Assembly (NCBI GenBank): GCA_965242725.1
Contig: CBDESZ010000018.1
Coordinates: forward strand, 192,001 to 256,000
Length of the DNA stretch: 64,000 nt
DNA from: Alkalispirochaeta sp.
GTDB lineage: Bacteria > Spirochaetota > Spirochaetia > DSM-27196 > Alkalispirochaetaceae
Direction of reading: 5' to 3'
This document shows, one piece after another, positions 31,613 to 42,158 of the stretch. Below the pieces are notes generated by a model. That model saw nothing but the letters and a program-made list of their open reading frames with translations. It had not been told where the DNA came from and searched no databases. Each line of letters begins with the position of its first letter. Within the stretch, counting starts at the first letter, position 1. The position numbers and the translations under genes are program-made.

Positions 31613-33259
31613 GTGTCACGACGACGATCAGTTTTCTGGCTGGTTATCGGCCTTCTTGTCGCCGGTTCGTCGTCATACTTCATTACAGTCTCTATACAAC
31701 GCATACGTGCGGGAGTGCTCTTTGCCCGGGCGATGACCCGATTGGAGCGGGACGGTGCCACCGACGAAGCCCTTGCGGATGCGGCACGCTTCGCTCGCCG
31801 AACCGACGAATGGCGCCGCCTTGTCGCCATCGCGTGGCGGCTTGAAGACGATCGTCGGTGGCCCAACGTCGCGGAACTCGCCCTCGTTGCAGCGCACCGT
31901 CTTCCCCGGGACGACATATGGAAGTACACAGCGGCATTTGCCCTCATGCGTATCGGGCGGTTTGACGAAGCCGGGGAGATAACCGCTTCGGCCGACACCG
32001 TATCCGAGCTCTCTCAGATGATCGAGACGCTCCTTGTTCTCGATCCTGCCCGTCGGGATGAATGGCGCGCGGGCCTCGGCGATCTTGCGGCCCGGGGTGA
32101 GGAAGAACCGGTGCTGTACGCACTGGGAACCGCATTTCAATCCCAACGTCCGATCGATTTCTTTCACGCCGGCGAGGTGACGGGGATTTCCGAATTTCTT
32201 GTAAATGGAGCGCTCATTGCCGCCGCCGGGGGAGACAGGGAACGCGCACGGGAAGGTATCGATCGTCTCCGTGAGGTCACCGGTGGAGGTATGTTGCTTG
32301 ACGACGGTGCAACCCTGACGGTATTGCATCTGGCAACATGGATTGATGATTCAGAATGGTTCTTCTCCCTTGTTCAACAACTCGGCGGGCAATATGCCGT
32401 AAAACCGGCGGTCCTCTCGATGCAGGCCGATTTTCTCCTGCGGCAGCACCAGTTTGCCCGGGCGGAAGAAATCTACCGGGAGCTGCGCAATCTCCATCCC
32501 CGGTGGAGCGCTGCGGCGTTTTCAAACGGAGCCGCTCTCCTTTCTCATGCGGGACGTCCCGGTGCGGAAGAGCTGTATCGCCTCGGAATTGAATATCATC
32601 CCAGGGACCTCCATCTGCGCCTGGAGTACGCCTCCTATCTCATCCGTGAAGGGAGACGATTTGACGCCGCCCGCACACTGGCTGCCATCGGCGGGAATCC
32701 AAGAGGCGGACGACACTGGCTGCTGGTACGGACTATTCTCGGGCCCCGTCGTCCTGTGGAGCGGCTTGAGGCGGATGCGTGGGACTATCTCAACGATCAC
32801 CCGGATGATGCCGAGGTCGCTCAGTTTCTTGCAAGCCTCTTTCTTTTTCGCGGCGATGATCGGGGACTCGCCGATCTTCGCCGGCGGTATCCCCCGGAAT
32901 TTGCCGGTTGGGCGGGAACGATACATGGCTATCAGGCGACACGGGAAGGTCGATACGCCGCAGCTGAAGAATTGCTCGAGAACGGCACGACGGCAAGCGG
33001 ATTGTACAACTACGCGCTCTTTCTGTTGCGGCACGGTTCCCTCCCTTCGGCGGAGGAGGCGATTCAACGGGGAGTCCGAAGGGCGGAAGAGCAGAATGAT
33101 CCCTTCTGGCGCGCCCGTTTTTATCTTTTAGCGGCTGAATTTGCCCGTCTGACGGGAGATCTCGACGCCGCAATCGCCCACGCGGACCGCGCCGTTCGCC
33201 TGCGGACCGACATGGAGCACATCTACACCTACCGGTCAATCCTTGCACGCCTCCAGTGA
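31613..33259 (+). CDS. Membrane-anchored TPR-like helical protein
   Basis: N-terminal TM segment followed by TPR-like repeats. Confidence 0.7.
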   Translation: MSRRRSVFWLVIGLLVAGSSSYFITVSIQRIRAGVLFARAMTRLERDGATDEALADAARFARRTDEWRRLVAIAWRLEDDRRWPNVAELALVAAHRLPRDDIWKYTAAFALMRIGRFDEAGEITASADTVSELSQMIETLLVLDPARRDEWRAGLGDLAARGEEEPVLYALGTAFQSQRPIDFFHAGEVTGISEFLVNGALIAAAGGDRERAREGIDRLREVTGGGMLLDDGATLTVLHLATWIDDSEWFFSLVQQLGGQYAVKPAVLSMQADFLLRQHQFARAEEIYRELRNLHPRWSAAAFSNGAALLSHAGRPGAEELYRLGIEYHPRDLHLRLEYASYLIREGRRFDAARTLAAIGGNPRGGRHWLLVRTILGPRRPVERLEADAWDYLNDHPDDAEVAQFLASLFLFRGDDRGLADLRRRYPPEFAGWAGTIHGYQATREGRYAAAEELLENGTTASGLYNYALFLLRHGSLPSAEEAIQRGVRRAEEQNDPFWRARFYLLAAEFARLTGDLDAAIAHADRAVRLRTDMEHIYTYRSILARLQ

Positions 33260-33271
33260 AAGTGCTAACCT
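33243..33271 (+). promoter_or_regulatory. sigma70-like extended -10 promoter of map, probably leaderless
   Basis: TTGCAC-17-(TGc)TAACCT, 6 nt to ATG 33278; no SD. Confidence 0.6.
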
Positions 33272-33277
33272 CCTGCA

Positions 33278-34070
33278 ATGATTCGCATCAAGACGGCCAA
33301 ACAGATCGCGGGTATCCGCGAGTCCTGTCATCTCCTGGCCGAGGTACTCGATATATTGGAAAACGCCGTTGAAATCGGCATGACCACCCGCGACCTCGAT
33401 GAACTGGCGCAGAAAGAGATCGCTCTTCGGGGTGGAAGACCCGCATTTTTGGGCTATCAGGGTTTTCCCGGCGCCCTCTGTACGTCCGTCAATGAAGAGG
33501 TGATCCACGGTATACCCGGTGAGAGAAAACTGAATCGGGGGGACGTTGTAAGTATAGACTGCGGAATCGAGTACCGCGGGTACTACAGTGATTCCGCCAT
33601 TACCGTTCCCGTCGGTGAGGTTTCACGGGAGATCGCACGACTTCTTGAAGTGACCCGACGGAGCCTCCAGGATGGAATAGATGCGGCTGTCTACGGGAAC
33701 CGGGGTAAACCGATATTTCCCGGGCGGTATACAATACCGTGAGCCGCGAGGGTTACGGAGTCGTCCCGTCCCTATTGCGGCCATGGCGTCGGACTTTCTC
33801 TCCACGAAGACCCCCAGGTCCCCAACTATGTGGGCCACGGCCCCAATCCCCGCCTGAAGCCCGGTATGGTTCTCGCCATAGAACCGATGGTCAATCTGGG
33901 TATCGACGACGTGGACGTTCTCGACGACGATTGGACGGTCGTAACCGGCGATCGCCAGGTTTCGGCCCATTTTGAACATTACCGTGGCGATATTCAGGGA
34001 TCACACGGAAGTACTCACCCGGCGTCCGTCGGAGTCGGTACGATCCGAGATGGAGGCATCGGCAGTATGA
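33278..34070 (+). CDS. map: Methionine aminopeptidase type I, frameshifted in this sequence (probable sequencing errors)
   Basis: [45 protein letters not shown] across frames; extra bases near 33704, 33711, 33766, 33980. Confidence 0.9.
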
Positions 34071-35563
34071 GAAGACTACGCGCAATTCACCTCCTTGTAA
34101 CGGGGATGGTCGCAGGAATCGTCATTTCGGTCCTGTTTATCTCCTGTTCAACCAACGACAACGGTTCAGCCGGGCAGTCTCGCCGTCCCGGCCCGACGGT
34201 GAGACGACCCCGCGCCGCCCGGGACCTGCAGGAGAGTTTTCGGGCGGTGTCGCGATCGATATTGCCAAGCGTCGTGCGCATCGATGTTGAAGAGGTGCGT
34301 ACACAGTCGGCGCCGCAGGGCGATGACACTCCGTGGTTCGATTTCTTTTTTTGGTGAACCCCGATTCCGAGCAGCCTGATTCGGAGGAACGGGAATTTCG
34401 CACCCAGGGTCTGGGATCGGGGGTGATTGTACGCCGTGACGGAGACGTATATTACGTCCTCACCAATGACCACGTGATCGAAACGCCAGTGCCATTACGG
34501 TCACCCTCGATAACTCCACGAGTTACGACGCAACAATCGTCGGAAAGGACGCACGAAAGGATCTCGCTATGATTTCCTTTACCAGCGACGACGATATTCC
34601 CGTCGCGGCGTTGGGCGATTCCGACTCGTTGCAAGTGGGAGATTGGGTGCTGGCAATCGGCAGTCCCTTCGGCTTTCAGTCAACCGTTTACTGCGGGGAT
34701 TGTCAGTGCACTGGGTCGTCGGGGTGGCCCCGCCGGCAATATCAGCGATTTTATTCAGACCGACGCGGCAATCAATCGCGGAAACAGCGGCGGCGCCCTC
34801 GTCAATCTGGACGGCGAAGTGGTAGGAATAAACACTTGGATCACCTCTCAGACGGGAGGAAGTGTCGGGGCTCGGTTTTTCAATTCCCATTAACAACGTC
34901 ACCCGTTCCATCGATGATTTCGTAGAAACGGGATCCGTCCGATACGGATGGCTGGGCGTGAGCATTCGAAGCATCACCGCCGACATTGCCGAAGATCTTG
35001 CACTGCCGCACCGCAGGGGAGCGTTGGTGCATCACGTTTTTCTCGACAGCCCCGCCGAAAAGGGTGGATTGCGCCCCGGCGATTTCATCACTGAAATTAA
35101 TGGTACGAGAGTTGAAAACTCGGACGCCCCTCGTTCTCGAAGTGGGGGAACTTCCCGTCGGCAGGGGACGCCGACTTTGTCCTCTTCCGTAACGGACCGG
35201 GAAGAACGCCTCTCCGTCCGTATTGCCGAGCGGGAATCGGAACGGGAAATCGCCAATCTGAACATGCGCCTCTGGCCGGGATTTTCGGTATTCCCCCTCT
35301 CGCCGGAGATTCGGGATGAAATGGAAAATTGCATCGACAGTAGACGGATTGGTCGTCAGTACTGTGGAGAACCGGACTTCCCGCAGCGGCAAGCGGCCTG
35401 CGCGTCGGTGACGTGGTGACACGGGTTCTTGGTACGTCCGTCGCAACAATGCGCGATTTTTACCGTCAGTTGCCTCCTCCGGGAGAATCTACGACAATAA
35501 CGGTTATGAGGAATGGCGGAAGAAATGGAAGTTACGATTCAACGAGGTGGAGCAGCACAATGA
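34067..35563 (+). CDS. degP: HtrA/DegP (Do) serine protease with PDZ domains, predicted lipoprotein, frameshifted in this sequence
   Basis: Lipobox-like [42 protein letters not shown] and PDZ ([14 protein letters not shown]) spread over several frames. Confidence 0.88.
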
Positions 35564-36163
35564 GTGTGAAGGAATTCATTCCCTACGACATCATTCGCAA
35601 TAACGCCATAGCCCTGGCTCACGATATTTATCGCTCCGGCTTTGTCCCCGACGTCATATACGTCAGTCCTCCGCGGCGGCGCATATATGGGCAATGTGAT
35701 CAGCGAATTTTTCAAATTTGTCCGTCGAGGACAGCGTCCGGTTTTTTTACGCCGCCGTCGTCGCCCGTTCCTATACCGACATCCACCAGCAGGAAAAAGT
35801 GAGCGTCGACGGATGGACATACAGCCCTGAACACCTCCGTTCCGGTGACCGCATCCTACTTGTGGACGATATATTTGATACCGGTTCGTACAATCAACCA
35901 TCTTGTGGAGATCATACTTGAAAAGGGTATTCCCCGGGGACGATATCAAGGTGGCGGTCCACGACTACAAGATCAGATCCTATGCAGGTGAACGATTGCC
36001 CATTCAGCCCGATTACTACTGCCGCCGTCACGATATTGAACATCCCGCGGACGATCAGTGGATTCACTATCTCAGCCATGAGCTGGTCGGTCTTGAACCG
36101 GGAGAGATCGATGGGCAATTCAAAGATGACAGAATAAAGGATATTCTACACAGCCTGCCATGA
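35560..36163 (+). CDS. Type I phosphoribosyltransferase family protein, frameshifted in this sequence
   Basis: LRGGAYMG, ARSY, ILLVDDIFDTG PRPP-binding motif across frames. Confidence 0.82.
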
Positions 36164-39100
36164 AGCTACTCGTCCGGACCGTTCTATGCGCGCTTCTCAT
36201 CGGAGTGCCCGCCTTCGGGGCGGAACCGGACGCATTTACCCCGCCCGTTGAAGCCGGTAGATATGGAACAGCCGTGGTCATTGCGCCGGACGCACCGGGT
36301 TCGTTGAATTACCGGTTCGTCACGTCCGCCGGCACGGCCCATACCGAATTTTTCATACCCCTCGATGCTCCGTTGCTGCTCGATGTTCCTCCGTCGGCGG
36401 AGGGGACCTATAACCTCGAGTTTCAGAGAAGAGCCGACGGTGAGATTTTCGGCCCCTATACATACATAGTTGATCGTGCGCTGCCTCAGAGTCCCCATCC
36501 GGACCGCGCACCCGGCGTGTACTCACAGGGGGTGGATATCTCATTTTCCACTCCCGATGAGGTGGTGGACGTGCGGTATGCCCTCCGGGCAAGCCCCCGG
36601 GAAACGCAGTCCCGTCACGCCCGGTTCATCTCTCTGGGAGGGAATGAACCCATTACCCTTGCCGGTACGGCGGGAGCCGTGGTTGACATCACGATCTACG
36701 TATATGCGATCGATGGTGCCGGAAACCGGAGCGGGACGTCTCAGTGGACATACAGAATTGACCGTCGGAACGAGGTTTCTCACGATTTGGACCTTATCAA
36801 GAGTCCCGTTTCCGGTTCATATGCAAATGAACAACTGCTGTATCTTGCCACGGCGGGATATCGAAATCTCCGCGTCCGCCTTGAAGGACCTGACGGGGTC
36901 CGTACCTTTCCGTACACCGGGGAGACGATCATCGGGGGGCACGGCGGCTTTACGGCGACCGTTTCCGCCCGGATCGTTGATACCGGGGAGGAAGTGGTCA
37001 GGACGGTCGCCTGGGTTCAGGGCAGGGAAGAGGCGGAGGGACTCCCAAGCGGCAGGTACACAGAAACGGTAACCGTGTTTGACGGTCATCGCGATACACC
37101 TCCGCGTTTTTCACTGGAAGATCGCCCGGTCAAATTGAGCGACAACCGCATTCTTGAACCTCTGCAGCTGCGCGTTGCCAATGACGTCCTGAGGACGGTG
37201 GTGCTGCGACTCAGCGGCGGCAGCGATGGCTCAACGGAGGAGCGTCGCCTCTTCTACATACTCGATGGTCGGAAAATGCCTCCTCCTGAATTCGCCGCGT
37301 ATGACGGTAATGTCGTTCTCTATTCATTGGCGGGGGCGGAAATTGAATACGCCCTCTCCGATGGAGGACAACCCGACTGGCGGCGCTACGCCGGACCGTT
37401 CCAGCTTGATCCCGGCGATATCGACGGAGCCCTTGTCGCACGAGGACGTTTCACCGGCGCCGAATGGGGCGCAACTGCACGAATTCCAGCTTCGCAGGTG
37501 GCCGCGGCCCTGGATACCTTTCGACGTCCCGCTGCGGCCTCCGCCGCACTAAGGCAGGAAGGTGACGTCGTTGTGATTTCTCCGACCGGAGATTTTGTCC
37601 AATACACGGACGCCCCGGACAGGGACGGCGCCGGGATATTCACACTCTATGGGCAGGAACGCGCCGTGTGGCATCTCCCGCGGGGCTACCGATCGACAGT
37701 CACCAACACATTTACCGACGATGAACCGTCGGTCACCCTTCTCAACGCGCCTCCGGCGCCACCGCACATATTCCGTGTTGACGGCGGATTTCGCATAGAT
37801 TCTTCCCTGGACGCGTTCTATCGTGTGGACGGGGGTTCCTTTCTTCCCTATGCGGGCGGAACCGTCGAACTCCCGCCCGGGAACGGTCTGCGCAGGGACT
37901 ATCTGGTGGAAGGGTATGTACGCTCCGCCGACGACGTCAGTCCGGTGGTGAGTCATGTTTTTTCCGTTGACCGGCGGGAGTTGATATTGCCGGCATTTCT
38001 GAATCCCCCGGAGTCGGAGATCACCGGCGACGGCATGTACCTCACGAATGCAGCGGAGTTCTCGATCACCTTCGCCCCGTTTGACGACGACATGCGGATA
38101 CATTATGAAATCGCCGAAGGACGACGGGCACCGATACCGAATCAGGGAAGCCCGATTCTGTCCAACGGCGGTACGGTTACGCTGTCGACGGAAAACGGTT
38201 CCCGTCGGGAGTATTCGGTACGTATGCGCGGCCGATTTACAGGTCGGACCGGGTGGACGGAGACACGGGAAATTCGTGTCGTCCTCGACCGGGACGGACC
38301 GGCGCCGCCGGTCGTGAAAGACGGGGGCACAGCGGGTCTGGTAGTCGGCAGGGAGAGAATCGTCGAGTTTGAAGCTCCCCGGGACGACGGAGAACTGTGG
38401 TTCCGCATCGGCCCGGACGGCCCCTTTCAACCGTACCGTCGAGCAGTCGCCGTAAGGAGACCGGGATCGTCGACTGAGACGGTCGTGCTCGAGGCGTACT
38501 CCGTCGATGAAGCGGGAAACCGGTCATATTTACAGCCGCCGTTGACGATTCCCTTTGCAGCAACCGCCATTCCAACGCCGGATATTACGGCAGACGGTGA
38601 GCCCCTTTCCGGTGCGCGTCATATTGTTGATGCGGGAGCGTCAATCGGGATCGCCGTTGCGGCGCCACACCGCGCCTTCTGGCGCCTCTATCCCCCGGAG
38701 GATCGCGAAAAGCCGGCGTTTCAGGAGTACCGTGACGGGGATGCCGTGACGTTCGGTGGTGAACGGGGGCTCTATGTCGTGGAGGCGTACCTCCTGGACG
38801 AGACGACGGGCAGTCGCAGCTCAATCCGGCGCATGGAAGTCGCGGGAAGCTCTCTGCAGGCCGAAATTCCTGACGAACCCTTCATCATTCGGGATGAAGA
38901 GGGCAACAGTGGAATCGCGACGTGGCCGGGACGTGCCGACCGGAGCATATATGCCTCCCTTTCATCTGAAACGACCGGGTTCCAGCCCGTGGATGAAAGC
39001 TTCCCGTGGCGTATACCGGACGGTGCGGAGCACATAACGATATCCTATTACGTACGGGACGATGCAAAAGGGCGCTCAGAGACGCGGAAGGTGACCATAT

Positions 39101-40860
39101 CACGGACGACGGTACCCCGCCGTCCCGATATTACCGGCGCTGATGAGGGAGCCGTCTATACGGCACCCCGCACGATTACGTTTGAGGGCGACGGCGATAT
39201 CAGATACACCCTTTCCACTGACGGCAGAGAAGCCCCACCGGTACATCCCCTGTCGGCGCGCTATGAAGGCCCGTTTTCACTTGACGTATCTCCGGGAGAA
39301 GATGTGACGTTCCACCTCCGCGCGGCCGCCGTAGGTGATGATGGTGCACTCTCCCCGGACCGACGGGTATCCTTCCGGATCGATAAGGCTGCTCCGGCAC
39401 CCCCGGTCCTTGTTGGAGCCGAGGACGGAGACTATTTCCCCGACACCACAAAAGTTCGATTGGAAAACGGGGAAGAAGATCAGCAGACCGACATCTATTA
39501 CCGACTGGGCGATGATCCGGACCGTGAGTACGGGAGGTACGACGGATCCCCGATAACACTCGCACTGGTTCCCGGCCAGGTCACAACCTATCGTATCGAG
39601 TCATACGCCCGCGACCGGGCAGGCAATAGAAGCCAGCACGTCGCCGCGTGGGACGTTCATGTGGACGGTGCAATCATCTATGTCGACCCATCCGCAACCG
39701 CGGGCGACGGTACCCGGGAGCATCCATTCACTCACATCGGGGAGGCCTATGATCTCCTCAGGCGGTCGGATCGGCGGACGATATTTCTTGCCGGCGGCGA
39801 ATATCGTCCCGACGCTTCGCTCTTCAGTGCCGCCACGGAAGAATCGGAAGCCGTTTCAATCATCGGCGGATTTGACGGGTCAACATGGATGAAAGGAAAC
39901 GTCAGTTCCACTTTGACCTTCCCGGAGGCACGGCCTCTTCCCATTACATCGGATATTCTCCTGCGGGACGTTGTGCTCGCCGGAACGCCCTCGGTCGAGA
40001 TTTCCGCCGAAAACGTCATTTTTCAGAGGCTCCTCGCAGGTGAAACGATGATTCGACATCGCCGAGGAACACTGACCGCGACCGTCCTGGTGGCGTCGGA
40101 ACTTCTCAGCTCCGGCGGGACGACACGGGCGGAAATTTCCCAGTCAGAACTTGGGGGCGTGGTCGTACGAGACGGCGCAACCGTAACGATTACGGAAAGT
40201 ACGATCCGGAAGCATGACGGCGGCGCGTCGGGGGGCGGCCCGAGCGGCTCGGGCGGCCCGACCGCAGGCGGTATCGTTCCCCTTCGCGTTTCCGGCGGAA
40301 ATCTTTCAATCGACCGCTCCGTCATCAGCGCTTCCGGCCCCTCCTTTGTCCATGGAGTATCCTCCCGCGGTGGGAACGTGACGATTCGCCGTTCCGTCCT
40401 TCACCTTTCCGGAGGCTCCGAAGGCATCGGCGTCGTCGCAATTGACAGCACCGTCGTTGTGGAAGAGTCGGGTATCTTTCTCTCCGGAGGCGCCGACGGC
40501 CTCCGACGGGCGATGCAGGTCACAGGTACCAACGGACAGTCTCATATTCTGGACAGGGTGGTGATGGTCGCCCTTGATGGAGGAGGGAATGCAGCGATTC
40601 GAATGGGCAGCCGAAGCAGTGTCGACCTGATTGAAATCGCAGTGTCCGGCTGGACGCACGCGGCCGTTCAGGAGGTTCCATCCGGATGGGGCAGAGCGAC
40701 GACGCTGAGCCGTGATTCAACAGTTGAATTGGATACGGATGTGCTCTCCCGGGTTAATGCGACGATCTCCGCAGAACGAATGCCGGTGCGGGACGAAATC
40801 CTTGCGTTCCTTCAGGAAATTGTGTCGGCGACATTTGGAAGCAATACATCGGGGCGATAG
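36160..40860 (+). CDS. Large exported protein with repeated CHB_HEX_C/FN3-associated Ig-like domains and a C-terminal beta-helix (DUF1565-like)
   Basis: Signal peptide; repeats of (I/V/L)D(R/K)xxPxxP..G(V/S/D)Y..I(R/Y)Y..YAxDxAGNRS; IYVDPSATAGDGTREHPF..IFLAGGEY followed by beta-helix-like strands. Confidence 0.72.
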   Translation: MKLLVRTVLCALLIGVPAFGAEPDAFTPPVEAGRYGTAVVIAPDAPGSLNYRFVTSAGTAHTEFFIPLDAPLLLDVPPSAEGTYNLEFQRRADGEIFGPYTYIVDRALPQSPHPDRAPGVYSQGVDISFSTPDEVVDVRYALRASPRETQSRHARFISLGGNEPITLAGTAGAVVDITIYVYAIDGAGNRSGTSQWTYRIDRRNEVSHDLDLIKSPVSGSYANEQLLYLATAGYRNLRVRLEGPDGVRTFPYTGETIIGGHGGFTATVSARIVDTGEEVVRTVAWVQGREEAEGLPSGRYTETVTVFDGHRDTPPRFSLEDRPVKLSDNRILEPLQLRVANDVLRTVVLRLSGGSDGSTEERRLFYILDGRKMPPPEFAAYDGNVVLYSLAGAEIEYALSDGGQPDWRRYAGPFQLDPGDIDGALVARGRFTGAEWGATARIPASQVAAALDTFRRPAAASAALRQEGDVVVISPTGDFVQYTDAPDRDGAGIFTLYGQERAVWHLPRGYRSTVTNTFTDDEPSVTLLNAPPAPPHIFRVDGGFRIDSSLDAFYRVDGGSFLPYAGGTVELPPGNGLRRDYLVEGYVRSADDVSPVVSHVFSVDRRELILPAFLNPPESEITGDGMYLTNAAEFSITFAPFDDDMRIHYEIAEGRRAPIPNQGSPILSNGGTVTLSTENGSRREYSVRMRGRFTGRTGWTETREIRVVLDRDGPAPPVVKDGGTAGLVVGRERIVEFEAPRDDGELWFRIGPDGPFQPYRRAVAVRRPGSSTETVVLEAYSVDEAGNRSYLQPPLTIPFAATAIPTPDITADGEPLSGARHIVDAGASIGIAVAAPHRAFWRLYPPEDREKPAFQEYRDGDAVTFGGERGLYVVEAYLLDETTGSRSSIRRMEVAGSSLQAEIPDEPFIIRDEEGNSGIATWPGRADRSIYASLSSETTGFQPVDESFPWRIPDGAEHITISYYVRDDAKGRSETRKVTISRTTVPRRPDITGADEGAVYTAPRTITFEGDGDIRYTLSTDGREAPPVHPLSARYEGPFSLDVSPGEDVTFHLRAAAVGDDGALSPDRRVSFRIDKAAPAPPVLVGAEDGDYFPDTTKVRLENGEEDQQTDIYYRLGDDPDREYGRYDGSPITLALVPGQVTTYRIESYARDRAGNRSQHVAAWDVHVDGAIIYVDPSATAGDGTREHPFTHIGEAYDLLRRSDRRTIFLAGGEYRPDASLFSAATEESEAVSIIGGFDGSTWMKGNVSSTLTFPEARPLPITSDILLRDVVLAGTPSVEISAENVIFQRLLAGETMIRHRRGTLTATVLVASELLSSGGTTRAEISQSELGGVVVRDGATVTITESTIRKHDGGASGGGPSGSGGPTAGGIVPLRVSGGNLSIDRSVISASGPSFVHGVSSRGGNVTIRRSVLHLSGGSEGIGVVAIDSTVVVEESGIFLSGGADGLRRAMQVTGTNGQSHILDRVVMVALDGGGNAAIRMGSRSSVDLIEIAVSGWTHAAVQEVPSGWGRATTLSRDSTVELDTDVLSRVNATISAERMPVRDEILAFLQEIVSATFGSNTSGR

Positions 40861-40895
40861 ACGGCAGCGGGGTGCAGGCAGTACGAATCACCCAT

Positions 40896-40955
40896 GCTCG
40901 ACACGGCTCGTCACGGCCACCGGGAGTGGGACAATACGCCCGGCAATACGCCCGG
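40896..40955. repeat. Two short tandem duplications in a convergent intergenic spacer
   Basis: GCTCGACACG/GCTCGTCACG (40896-40915) and CAATACGCCCGG x2 (40932-40955). Confidence 0.7.
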
Positions 40956-40969
40956 CGTCCGCTATGAGA

Positions 40970-42145
40970 CTATTCCCAGCGCCACTCGGGATCACCCGTT
41001 GAAGGATATGCGGTGGACCACAACCCCTTGCCGTACGTGAGGGCAAAGACAATGTCCGCACCGCTCACTTCAAAGTGACGAAATTTGTTTATCGACGAGA
41101 CGGCAAGTTCACTTGCATTGTAGGTGTTACCGTGGTCGTTGGAGAGGCCGGAAATTGAATAATTGTTGTCACTTCCGGTAACCTCGCCCTCATAATAGCC
41201 TCGGGGCAGGGGATCGTCGTCCCGATGGTACTGGAGCGTCGTGACGAGAAATCTATTACGATTGGAGATCCACTGGATATCCCGGGACCGGCGGCCGTTG
41301 AGATCGGCCCCGGAAATCCACGTCGGACTTGAAGAACCGACCGACGTGTCGGCGAGAAATATTTCACCGTCGGCATCGGTCACGGCAATAATGCTGTCAC
41401 CGTTGTAATCGGAGTATCCGATTCCCCCAAGCTCTGACGCACCCGGTTCAGTCATTGGAGTTAACGTCGTTCGGGCGGCGTTGATGTGGACCATGCTTCC
41501 ATCGGTTCCGACGAGGTAGTAGACATTGCCGTCGGCGCCATTCCGGACCCCGTCACGAATTCCTCCGGTACCGTCGATAGCCCACGCCAGCGTATTGTCC
41601 GGTGAGGAGGAAACGGCGGAAGACCAAATAAGCAGATCATCATCGACGGTCGTCACGAATATCACATCATCAACGCCGACCATACCGCTGATGGTGGCCG
41701 AGCTTGTGTAGACCTGACTCCAGCTCCCGTCCGAGGCCAGACGGTAAATCGCGGAGCCGTCGGACTCATCTTCCTGGAATACCACGTAAATCTCGTCGGC
41801 AGGACCGGTGATTGCGTCACCTCCGAGGCCCGCTCCGTTTGTCGCGTACCGACCGGCAACGAAGGCGGCGAGGCGGTTTCCGGGAGAGCGTTTTTCGTCC
41901 CAGTTTCCGCCGTCCACAGAACGGGTGAAAACCTTTATACCCACACCGGCCACATAGGTGTCCTGGCCGTTCACCGTGCCCCACTCGAGACCGGAAATGC
42001 TCGTGTTTTCCGGCAAATTTCCCTTCTTGATCTCTTCTTCAATGGCGATTGTGGCAAAAATACCCCGTTCTCCTTCGCTGCATCCGGACAATGCAAGGAG
42101 CGCGAGGAAGGAAAGGGCTATGACAGATACATATCGTGCATTCAT
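40970..42145 (-). CDS. Lipoprotein, beta-propeller-like, resembling the Treponema TP0136 family
   Basis: Lipobox LSGC, then GIFATIAIEEEIK; C-terminal TYGKGLW..WRWE; SD AGGAG. Confidence 0.65.
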   Translation of the reverse strand: MNARYVSVIALSFLALLALSGCSEGERGIFATIAIEEEIKKGNLPENTSISGLEWGTVNGQDTYVAGVGIKVFTRSVDGGNWDEKRSPGNRLAAFVAGRYATNGAGLGGDAITGPADEIYVVFQEDESDGSAIYRLASDGSWSQVYTSSATISGMVGVDDVIFVTTVDDDLLIWSSAVSSSPDNTLAWAIDGTGGIRDGVRNGADGNVYYLVGTDGSMVHINAARTTLTPMTEPGASELGGIGYSDYNGDSIIAVTDADGEIFLADTSVGSSSPTWISGADLNGRRSRDIQWISNRNRFLVTTLQYHRDDDPLPRGYYEGEVTGSDNNYSISGLSNDHGNTYNASELAVSSINKFRHFEVSGADIVFALTYGKGLWSTAYPSTGDPEWRWE

Positions 42146-42158
42146 GCGGTAATAACTC

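Noticed and set aside
33278..36163. True pseudogenes or programmed frameshifting in map-degP-PRTase
   Set aside because: Too many shifts, nearly all in homopolymers, with intact active sites and an essential gene; sequencing error is simpler.
40218..40272. GGCGGCCCGA repeated within the large protein gene
   Set aside because: In-frame duplication encoding a Gly/Ser/Pro linker; not a separate element.
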